From the NCBI GenBank assembly GCA_028826165.1, contig JAPDFW010000059.1, positions 1,612,001-1,676,000 of the forward strand: 64,000 nucleotides of DNA, given 5' to 3'. Numbering within the stretch: position 1 is the first letter of the stretch; the number at the start of each line of letters is the position of its first letter. This stretch comes from Anaeramoeba ignava BMAN. Taxonomy: Eukaryota > Protista > Anaeramoebae. A program made the translations under genes and the position numbers. This document shows, one piece after another, positions 1 through 11,000 of the stretch. Below the pieces are notes generated by a model, which saw nothing but the letters and a program-made list of their open reading frames with translations, made no database searches and was not told where the DNA came from.

Positions 1-546
1 ACTATCACAAAAATCATCGTAAGAATTTTCATCATCTTCGTCGTTATCATCGTTATAATTATTCTTTTTTTTATTCTCGTCATTTTTATTATTATTATTA
101 TATGCATATGCGTTTATATTTGTGACATTTTCTTCAATTTTTTCTTTTTTTTCAAACATTAAAGGTATTAAAAATATTTTTGCATCTTTTGAATAATTTC
201 GAATTTTTTGTTCCATTTCTTTGTCCATAACAAATGCATCTTCAATCAAAATAATAACTTGATCTATGTTTTTGTTGTTTTGATTTTGATTTTCATTTTC
301 ATTTTCATTTTGATTTTCATTTAAAAAAATTTCTGAAAGATTTGAAAGTAAATTTTTTTTCATTTGGAAATAAATTTGTTGTTCATTGAAAATCATTCTT
401 GTTGTAAATAAATCGAATTCAATTTCTTTTTGTGAATCAATTTCTTGTTCCAAAAGTTTGGCAAAATAACCTTTTATTATTTTTTTTTGATTTACTTTAT
501 CATCGATTAAAAAAGAGATATTAAAGTTTGTTAAAAAGAAAGACAT
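1..546 (-). CDS. Hypothetical protein, 5' part (runs off the window start)
   Basis: ATG at 546 opens a stop-free frame of 182 codons to position 1 (MSSFLTNFNISFLIDDKVNQKKIIKGYFAKLLEQEIDS...). No family recognised. Confidence 0.6.
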   Translation of the reverse strand, partial: MSFFLTNFNISFLIDDKVNQKKIIKGYFAKLLEQEIDSQKEIEFDLFTTRMIFNEQQIYFQMKKNLLSNLSEIFLNENQNENENENQNQNNKNIDQVIILIEDAFVMDKEMEQKIRNYSKDAKIFLIPLMFEKKEKIEENVTNINAYAYNNNNKNDENKKKNNYNDDNDEDDENSYDDFCDS

Positions 547-703
547 TTAGAAATTTTTTCTTTTTTGTTTTTTGTAATTAAAAAAATAACTCAAAAAAAA
601 AATGAAAAAAAATTTTTGCTTTTTTATTTTTTCATTTTTTTTCATTTTTTTTTAATAAATTTTTTAATAATTATTTTATTTCTTTTTTTTATTTAGTTTA
701 AAA

Positions 704-3700
704 ATGAAATTTCGTTATTTGTTTGATAAAGTTAATGTATTTATTTTTATTAAAACAATTCAAAGAATTTCTTTTCGAAAATAAAAATGATTAATTTTTG
801 AACAACAAAAAAAATAAAACAAAATAAAAAGATAATTCTTTTTTTACTTGCGTTGATCAATGCATATCTTTCTTTTCCGTTTTTCTTAACTCCTTATTAT
901 AGTATGTCTGGGCCAATGAGACGTTATAACATGAAAGAAGTTGAATTTGATTTTAAAGAAGGTGATTATTTTATTGCAATTCGTACAAGTACAAGTGTTA
1001 ATGATTTAAAAGATCATAATTTGGTTCTTTTTTTTGCTCTTGGTACTAATAAAACAGATGGTGTTTGTCCTAATAAATTTCAAGAAAATTTTTTACATAC
1101 AGATCGTCAAGATTATACTTCTAGTTCTTGTGTGTAAGTTTCTTTTCTTTTCTTTTCTTTTTTTTTAGGCTGTCAAAAATGAAAATTAAAATTAAAATAA
1201 AATTAAAATTAAATGAAAATTAAAATTAAAATTGAATGAAAATTAAAATTAAATGAAAATTGAATGAAAATTAAAATTAAAATTAAATGAAACAATTTAA
1301 ATGAAACAAATTAAATGAAACAAATTTAATTAAAATTAAATGAAACAAATTTAATTAAAATTAAATGAAACAAATTTAATTAAAATTAAATGAAAATTAA
1401 ATGAAACAAATTAAATGAAACAAATTAAATGAAAATTTAAATTAAAATTAAAATTAAATGAAATTAAATTAAATGAAAATTGAAAATGAAAATTAAATGA
1501 AAATTAAAAATTAAATGAAAAATTAAATGAAAATTAAATGAAAATTAAATTAAAATTAAATGAAAATTAAATGAAAATTAAATTAAAATTAAATGAAAAT
1601 TAAATGAAAATTAAATGAAAATTGAATGAAAATTAAATGAAATTTAAATGAAAATTAAATTAAAATTAAATGAAAATTAAATGAAAAATTAAATGAAAAT
1701 TAAATGAAAATTAAATGAAAATTAAATGAAAATTAAATGAAAATTAAATGAAAATTAAATGAAAATTAAATGAAAATTAAATTAAAAATAAATTTAAATG
1801 AAAATTAAATGAAAATTAAATGAAAATTAAATGAAATTTAAATGAAATTTAAATGAAAATTAAATGAAAATTAAATGAAATTTAAATGAAAATTAAATTA
1901 AAATTAAATTAAAATTAAATGAAACAAATTAAATGAAACAAATTTAATTAAAATTAAATGAAACAAATTTAATTAAAATTAAATGAAAATTAAATGAAAC
2001 AAATTAAATGAAACAAATTAAATGAAACAATTTAAATTTAAATGAAAATTAAAATTAAATGAAAATTAAATGAAAATTAAATGAAAATTAAATGAAAATT
2101 AAAATTAAATGAAAATTAAATTAAAATTAAATGAAATGAAAATTAAATGAAAATTAAATGAAAATTGAATTAAAATTAAATTGAAATGAAAATTAAATGA
2201 AAATTAAATGAAACAAATTCTCTTATTCTTATTTTTATCATTTAGACAAGCATTTTCTCAAGATATTCATTTTCTCTCATTTTCACCTTTGGAAACTGAA
2301 AAAAATGATAAATATATTGGACCAAGAGAAAGATCACAACAAGTGATATTCTTTCATTTCCATATACAAACACCACTAAATCAGAAAGTTTTAAAAGCAA
2401 ATTTAAGTTTATTTATGTATCAATTCAATGAAACTGAGGGATGTAATAATGTGAGTGATTGTGATGGATATGCAGATTATCTTTGTTCACATAATCCAAA
2501 AGAAGATCTAAGTGAACCACAAGTTATTTTTGAAAATCAAACCCAAAGTTGTATTCAACCATCTGATCCTTTTAAATCTAGTTTAGTTAATACTAGATGT
2601 GCTTTGTCATTGGTTTTATCAACAAATTATCATTGTTTTACAGGAAAATTAAAAGAAACAGGCTTTGATCCCTTGCATATTCATCAAAAAATTGGTGGTG
2701 ATTGTTCTTTTGATATATTTTTTGTTGTAAATATTATTTTTAAATAATTATTATTTTAAATATTATTATTAAATATTATTATTAAATATTATTATTAAAT
2801 ATTAAATATTAAATATTAAATATTATTTTTAAATATTATTATTAAATATTATTATTAAATATTATTATTATTTAATATTATTATTAAATATTATTATTAA
2901 ATATTATTTTTAAATATTAAATATTATTATTATTAAATATTATTTTTAAATATTATTTTTAAATATTAAATATTATTATTAAATATTATTTTTAAATATT
3001 ATTATTAAATATTATTTTTAAATATTATTATTAAATATTATTTTTAAATATTATTTTAAATATTATTTTTAAATATTATTTTTAAATATTATTTTTAAAT
3101 ATTATTTTTAAATATTATTTTTCTTTAAAAAAAATAGATTATGCGTGCTCTTCCTTTTGCTTTAGAACACATTTGGAGTTGGGGAAATATCCTCTTTGCA
3201 ACATCTTTTGCTTTTTATATATTTACTGGATTATATTTTGCTCGTCGTTTACATTTATCATATTTAAGACAATATTTTTTTAATTCATCAACAATTAACT
3301 TAAAAAAGGGAGAAAAATATAGAATTAAATTAATTGTAACTGGGGAACAATTTTCACAAAGAAAAGGAGTATTTCAATTTACTTGTGGAAAAGAGACTTT
3401 ATTTTCATTTGAATTAAATGCAGTTTTCACAGAAGAAGATCTTTCTGGAACTGGACAAAGAACTTTAATATTTCGTTGTTCTTTTCAACCAAAACAAAAG
3501 TTTAAAAATGTTAAATATTCAATTCAATGGGAAAATATTTATCGAAAATCACCTGAAGTTCAAGTTGTTATTCGAAGAAATATTCCTTATCTTTTGAAAA
3601 CTCGATTGAATATTGTGATTCTTCCCTTTATGTTTATTTATCATCTTCTTTTTTGTCGTCCAAGAAAAAAAATTTTGAATTATCGTCATTATATTTGGCT

Positions 3701-5519
3701 TGTTGCTTATTTGTGTGCTGTTTATTTATCTTTTGTAATTGTTGTTGTTTATTTTGCTGAAGCTTTAGTTTTATCACCAGGAACACCAAAAGAAAATAAA
3801 GTAAATATTTTATTTAATATTTTATTTAATATTTTATTAAATATTTTATTTAATATTTTATTTAATATTTTATTTAATATTTTATTAATAATTTATTTAA
3901 TATTTTATTTAATATTTTATTAATAATTTATTTAATATTTTATTTAATATTTTATTTATATTTTATTAAAATTTTATTTAATATTTTATTTAATATTTTA
4001 TTTAATATTTTATTTAATATTTTATTTAAATTTTATTTAATATTTTATTTAATATTTTATTTAATATTTTATTTAATATTTTATAAATATTTTATTAATA
4101 ATTTATTAAAATTTTATTAAATATTTTATTTAATAATTTATTTAATATTTTAATTAATATTTTATTAAATATTATTTCTATTAGTATTGGGGAACTCAAA
4201 CTGAACTTCCTTCAATTCCTATTGTTTTTTTGGTTCTTTATGAATTTTCAACAATTATACCAACTTTTATGAGAATTCTTCCTGCTACAAGAAGAATTTT
4301 AGAAACAAAACCATTTGTTTATACACCTATTTATGATCTTCGTGATGATGCTCCACCAGATCGCAAGAAAAAATATCAACAAGCTTTAAAAGATGTGATT
4401 AAATCAAATTTAAATCAAATTTAAATCAAAATCAAATTAAATAAAATCAAAATTAAAATCAAATTTAAATCAAATTTAAATCAAATTTAAATCAAATTTA
4501 AATCAAATTAAAATCAAATTAAAATCAAAATCAAAATTAAATTTAAATCAAATTTAAATCAAAATCAAAATCAAAATCAAAATCAAAATTAAAATCAAAT
4601 TTAAAATCAAAATCAAAATCAAATTTAAAATCAAATTTAAATCAAATTAAAATCAAATTAAAATCAAATTTAAATCAAATTTAAAATCAAATTTAAAATC
4701 AAAATCAAATTTAAATCAAATCAAATTAAAATTAAATTCAAATTTAAAATTAAAATCAAATTAAAATTAAATCAAAATCAAATTCAAATTTAAATCATAA
4801 TTCAGATAAATGCAATTATTCTAACTCCATTAAATGATGATGAAGTAGATTCTATTGCTCAAATGGAAGTTGACTATGTTCATCTTGTTGAAAAACAAGA
4901 AGAAAAAAAAGAACACCAACAAGAAGATAATGAATTAGAAATATCAACTTCACAAACAAGTGATTTTGAATTGGAAAAATCTGCAAAACCAAAAATAAAA
5001 ACAAAAAACGAACAAAAAGGAAATTTTAGTGTTTATGAAATTCCTGAATGGGTTGATCCTTCAAATGGAATGAATGAAGAAAATCCTTTATTAGATAAAG
5101 CAAAAGGTCAATCAATTGAAAATAAAGCTATTATTCCTCGATTTCAACCTCAAAACCAGAAAAAATCACATCAAGATTTAAATTTAAACCAAAATCAAAA
5201 TCAAAAAGATAATGAAGCTCAATTATTTGATGATCCATTAACTTCTTTCTTAAAAAATGATATTTCTCAAGAGAAAAATATATCAAATGGAAACTTAATT
5301 CAAAGTGATAAAACTACTTCTGATTCTGAAACAAGTTCAGATTTTCTTGAAAATCAAAAAGAGCAAAATTCATTCATTTCAAAAAAAACAAGTAATTCTC
5401 CTATTGAAAAAAAAGAAGGAAATCAAGAATCTAAAATCAATTTCCAAATATTTGATGAAAATGATTCAGATGATCTTTTCGAAATTCCTTCAATTCCATT
5501 TGATAAAAAAAATATTTGA
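704..5519 (+). CDS. Orphan multi-pass membrane protein with signal peptide and acidic/low-complexity C-tail (6 exons)
   Basis: Phase-compatible GT-AG joins link exons ~704-736, 832-1133, 2246-2726, 3138-3800, 4185-4394 and 4807-5519. N-terminus is hydrophobic (IILFLLALINA), followed by a Cys-containing luminal part and several TM-like stretches (3141-3800, 4185-4260). Confidence 0.6.
1180..2215. repeat. Intronic (AAAATTAAATG)n 11-mer tandem repeat
   Basis: Direct reading; fills intron 2 of the orphan membrane gene. Confidence 0.9.
2745..4800. repeat. Three separate intronic arrays: 13-mer AAATATTATTWTT (2745-3120), 12-mer ATATTTTATTTA (3803-4170), hexamers AAATCA/AAATTT (4400-4800)
   Basis: Direct reading; each intron has a different unit. 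Confidence 0.85.
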
Positions 5520-5584
5520 TTTTTTTAATAAATGAAAAATAATTCTTCTTTGTTTTTTTTTGATACTTTTTTATAAAAAAAATA

Positions 5585-5826
5585 AATTAAAATCAAAATC
5601 AAAATCAAAATTAAAATTAAAATCAAAATCAAAATCAAAAATCAAAATCAAAATTAAAAAAATCAAAATCAAAATCAAAATCAAAATCAAAATCAAAATC
5701 AAAATCAAAATCAAAATCAAAATCAAAATCAAAATCAAAATCAAAATCAAAATTAAAATTAATATCAAAATCAAAATCAAAATCAAAATCAAAATCAAAA
5801 TCAAAATCAAAATCAAAATCAAAATC
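5585..5826. repeat. (AAAATC)n intergenic microsatellite; similar tract at 6840-7018
   Basis: Direct reading; lies immediately 3' of each BDH copy. Confidence 0.9.
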
Positions 5827-6643
5827 AAACAAAAAATGATCCATGACTTGCAATTAAAGATTGACCTGAAATAGCCAAAGAAGGAAAAGTAGCAAAGAAA
5901 ATAGCAATTTCGGAAAGATCATTCAAAGAAATAAAACTAGAATTAAATCTATCTTGAAGCATAACTTTTTCAATAACTTCTTTCTCAGAAATACCAAGTT
6001 CTTTTGCTTGTTCAGGAATTTGTTTTTCAACTAATGGAGTAAAAACATAACCAGGTAAAATAAGATTAGCTTTAACATTATATTCAGCAGCTTCTTTTGC
6101 AACAACTCTTGCCAATCCAAGCATTCCATGTTTAGCACTACAATATGGAGCTTTGAGTTTTGAAGCTCTTTTTGAATGAACTGAACCAATATAAATCAAT
6201 GATCCACTTTTTTGAGGATACATCTTTTTAACAGCTTCTTTTGTGCAAAGAAATGATCCATCAAGATGAACTGAAAGAACTTTTCTCCAATCTTTTTGAT
6301 CAAGTTTGTGAATTGGATCAATATGTTGAATTCCAGCATTCATAACCATAACATCAAGTCTATCATTATATTTATCAGTAACTTTATCAACTGCTTCTTT
6401 GATTGATTTTTCATTTGTAACATCCATAAATGCACTCATTGCATTTCCTCCTTGTTTTTTAATCATTTCAACTGTCTCATCAAGTGCTTTTATTGTTCTT
6501 CCAGTTACTCCTACATTTGCTCCTTCTTTTGCAAAACCAAGTGCTAATGCTCTTCCAATTCCTGAACCACTTCCTGTTACAATTACTGTTTGTTGAAAAA
6601 GTCTTCCTGGATTTTTTGTTATTGTTGAAAAAAATCTTTGCAT
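5825..6643 (-). CDS. bdhA: 3-hydroxybutyrate dehydrogenase-like SDR, copy A (divergent, predicted NADP-type)
   Basis: Motifs TGSGSGIG, NAGIQH, GSVHS, KAPYCSAKHG (YxxxK) and PGYVFTPLVEKQIP are typical of bacterial BdhA. Intronless, with N-terminal extension MQRFFSTITKN. Confidence 0.9.
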   Translation of the reverse strand: MQRFFSTITKNPGRLFQQTVIVTGSGSGIGRALALGFAKEGANVGVTGRTIKALDETVEMIKKQGGNAMSAFMDVTNEKSIKEAVDKVTDKYNDRLDVMVMNAGIQHIDPIHKLDQKDWRKVLSVHLDGSFLCTKEAVKKMYPQKSGSLIYIGSVHSKRASKLKAPYCSAKHGMLGLARVVAKEAAEYNVKANLILPGYVFTPLVEKQIPEQAKELGISEKEVIEKVMLQDRFNSSFISLNDLSEIAIFFATFPSLAISGQSLIASHGSFFV

Positions 6644-7019
6644 TTTAATTAATAATTCTTAGTTAATTTTAATTTAATTTTAATTGAATTTGAATTAAAA
6701 TTGAATTGAAAAATAAATTTGAATTAAAAGGAATGAGAAATAAATAATTTTTTTATTTTTTGGAATTTTTGGTTTTTCTTCTCTTGAATTTTAATTTTAA
6801 TTTTTTTATTTAAAACTTCGCTAGTTGAATCTAAAAAAAACCAATCAAAATGAAAAAATCAATCAAAATGAAAAAATCAAAATCAAAATCAAAATCAAAA
6901 TGAAAATCAAAATCAAAATCAAAATCAAAATGAAAAAATCAATCAAAATCAAAATCAAAATCAAAATCAAAATCAAAATGAAAATCAAAATGAAAATCAA
7001 AATGAAAATGAAAATCAAT

Positions 7020-7839
7020 TTAATCCATAAACCAACCATGACTTGCAATTAAAGATTGACCTGAAATAGCCAAAGAAGGAAAAGTAGCAAAGAAAATAGC
7101 AATTTCAGGAAAGATCATTCAAAGAAGTAAAAGTGTAATCAAAAGTATCCTTCAGCATAACATTTTTAATAACTTCTTTCTCAGAAATACCAAGTTCTTT
7201 TGCTTGTTCAGGAATTTGTTTTTCAACTAATGGAGTAAAAACATAACCAGGTAAAATAAGATTAGCTTTAACATTATATTCAGCAGCTTCTTTTGCAACA
7301 ACTCTTGCTAAACCAAGCATTCCATGTTTAGCACTACAATATGGAGCTTTGAGTTTTGAAACGGTTTTTGAATGAACTGAACCAATATAAATCAATGATC
7401 CACTTTTTTGAGGATACATTTTTTTAACAGCTTCTTTTGTGCAAAGAAATGATCCATCAAGATGAACTGAAAGAACTTTTCTCCAATCTTTTTGATCAAG
7501 TTTGTGAATTGGATCAATATGTTGAATTCCAGCATTCATAACCATAACATCAAGTCTATCATTATATTTATCAGTAACTTTATCAACTGCTTCTTTGATT
7601 GATTTTTCATTTGTAACATCCATAAATGCACTCATTGCATTTCCTCCTTGTTTTTTAATCATTTCAACTGTCTCATCTGCTCCTTTCATATTTAAGTCTG
7701 TTACTCCTACATTTGCTCCTTCTTTTGCAAAACCAAGTGCTAATGCTCTTCCAATTCCTGAACCACTTCCTGTTACAATTGCTGTTTGTTGAAAAAGTCT
7801 TCCTGGATTTTTTGTTATTGTTGAAAAAAATCTTTGCAT
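7020..7839 (-). CDS. bdhA: 3-hydroxybutyrate dehydrogenase, copy B (canonical NAD-type; 1-nt frameshift near 7107)
   Basis: Near-identical to copy A. One extra base (CTTTCCTGAAATT vs CTTTCCGAAATT) creates a TGA; removing it restores ...EIAIFFATFPSLAISGQSLIASHGWFMD* ending at 7020. Confidence 0.85.
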
Positions 7840-8000
7840 TTTAATTAATAATTTTTAGTTAATTTAATTTTAATTAAAATTGAATTAAAATTGAATTGAA
7901 AAATAATTTTTTTTTGCTTTTTTTTTTTTCATTTTTTTCATTTTTTCTTTTAAAAATAAATAATAAATAAATAATAAATAATAAAAAATCAATCATTTAA

Positions 8001-11000
8001 ATGGTTTGTAAATCTTCTTCTTATTTATTATTATTATTTATTTTGATTTATTCTTCTTTATTAATCAAAATAGAAAAAACAAAAAAAAAAGGAACAAAAA
8101 AAACAAAAACAAAACGAACAAAAAAAACAAAGAAAAATTATTATTACAGATCAAGAAAGAGGAAAAGATTTTCCTTTTGTTGGAAATTCTATTAAAACAA
8201 CTAAATATAATATTCTTACATTTCTCCCAAAAAATTTATTTGAGCAGGTTTGATAGAATTTTTATTCAAAAATTCAAAATCTAAATCTAAATCTAAATCA
8301 AAATCAAAATATAAATCTAAATCAAAAACAAAATCTAAATCTAAATCTAAATCTAAATCAAAATCAAAATATAAATCTAAATCTAAATCTAAATATAAAT
8401 CAAAATCTAAATATAAATATAAATCTAAATCAAAATATAAATCTAAATATAAATCAAAATCTAAATATAAATATAAATATAAATATAAATATAAATCTAA
8501 ATCTAAGTATAAATCAAAATCTAAATATAAATATAAATCTAAATCTAAATCAAAATCTAAATATAAATATAAATATAAATATAAATATAAATATAAATAT
8601 AAATCTAAATATAAATATAAATATAAATATAAATATAAATCAAAATATAAATATAAATATAAATCAAAAATATAAATATAAATATAAATATAAATATAAA
8701 TATAAATATAAATATAAATCTAAATCTAAATATAAATCAAAATCTAAATATAAATCAAAATATAAATATAAATCTAAATCTAAATATAAATCAAAATCTA
8801 AATATAAATCAAAATCAAAATATAAATCAAAATCTAAATCTAAATCTAAATATAAATATAAATATAAATCAAAAATCTAAATCAAAATCAAAATCTAAAT
8901 ATAAATCTAAATATAAATATAAATCTAAATCTAAATATAAATATAAATATAAATATAAATATAAATATAAATATAAATATAAATATAAATCTAAATATAA
9001 ATATAAATCAAAATCAAAATCTAAATCTAAATCTAAATCTAAATCTAAATCTAAATCTAAATCAAAATATAAATCAAAATATAAATCAAAATATAAATCA
9101 AAATATAAATATAAATATAAATATAAATCAAAATCTAAATCTAAATATAAATATAAATATAAATCAAAATATAAATCTAAATATAAATATAAATCTAAAT
9201 CAAAATCAAAATCAAAATCAAAATCTAAATCTAAATATAAATATAAATATAAATCTAAATATAAATCAAAATATAAATCTAAATATAAATCAAAAATATA
9301 AATCTAAATATAAATCAAAATATAAATATAAATATAAATATAAATATAAATATAAATATAAATATAAATATAAATATAAATATAAATATAAATATAAATC
9401 TAAATATAAATATAAATCTAAATATAAATATAAATATAAATATAAATATAAATATAAAAATATAAATATAAATATAAATATAAAAATCAAAATATAAAAT
9501 ATAAATATAAATATAAATATAAATCTAAATAAATCTAAATATAAATATAAATATAAATATAAATATAAATATAAATATAAATATAAATATAAATATAAAT
9601 ATAAATATAAATATAAATATAAATATAAATATAAATATAAATATAAATATAAATATAAATATAAATATAAATATAAATATAAATATAATTATAAATATAA
9701 ATATAAATATCAAAATATAAATCAAAATCTAAATCTAAATATAAATATAAATATAAATATAAATATAAATATAAATCTAAATATAAATATAAATATAAAT
9801 ATAAATATAAATATAAATATAATTATAAATATAAATATAAATATCAAAATATAAATCAAAATCTAAATCTAAATATAAATTCAAAGTTTCGAAGATTAGC
9901 AAACTTCTATTTCTTAATTGTTATAATCCTTGAATATTTTCCTTTTTCTCCATTAAACCCAACAGTGTCTGTATTACCATTGATTTTTGTATTAACCATT
10001 ACAGCTATAAGAGAGGCATATGAAGATATACAACGGAATAAATCAGACAGTAAAATCAACAATTCTCCAACTATTTGTCTTCGAAATGGTTCATTTCAAA
10101 CAATGAAATGGAAGGATTTAAAAGTAGGAGATATTGTTAAGATTACAAATGGTAAATTTTTTCCTGCTGATATTGTTATACTTTCTACAAGTGAACCAAT
10201 GAATATGTGTTATATTGAAACTTGTAATCTTGATGGGTAAATTTTTTTGATTTAAAAAAAACAACTGAAAAGAAAAAATTTTTTTTTATTTTTTGGGTCA
10301 TTTTTTGGATCATCAAAAAAAAAAACAAAACAAAAGTGAAACAAACTTAAAAATTCGTCAAGGTCTTCAAGTAACTAGTTTTCTTAATAATAATGAAAAT
10401 GAATTATCAAATTTTCAAGCAACAATTGATTCAGAACTTCCAAATAACCGATTATATAAATTTAATGGAGCATTAAATTTCAATGAGGAAACACACTCAC
10501 TTTCAAATACTCAAATGTTATTAAGAGGTTGTGCTTTGAAAAATACAAAATGGATTATTGGTGTTGTAATTTTTACTGGATCTGATTCCAAAATTATGAA
10601 GAATTCAACGTAAAATATTTAATAATAAAAATAATAATAATAATATTTAATAATAATATTATTAATATTATTGTTAAAGTGATCCACCCTCAAAAAGAAG
10701 CACAATCGAAAAACAACTGAATATAAGATTAATTTCAATATTTATTTTTCTTGGAATTATTGGACTTGTTGGTGCATTTTTTTCAGGTTATTGGCAACAT
10801 AAATGGGGAGGATCAAAATCATGGTATATGGGAGATGAGGTTAATCACGATAATTTATCACCTGTTTTAATTGGTGTTTATGGATTTTTTTCTTTTATTA
10901 TTGTTTGCAATGTGATGATTCCAATTTCATTATATGTAACAATGGAAATGGTGAAATTAATTCAAACCATTTTTATCAATCATGATATTGATATGTATCA

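Noticed and set aside
7020-7110. BDH copy B as a pseudogene
   Set aside because: The downstream frame is perfectly preserved and is the more canonical copy. The indel looks like a TCC/TCT merge between paralogous reads, although read inspection is needed to confirm.
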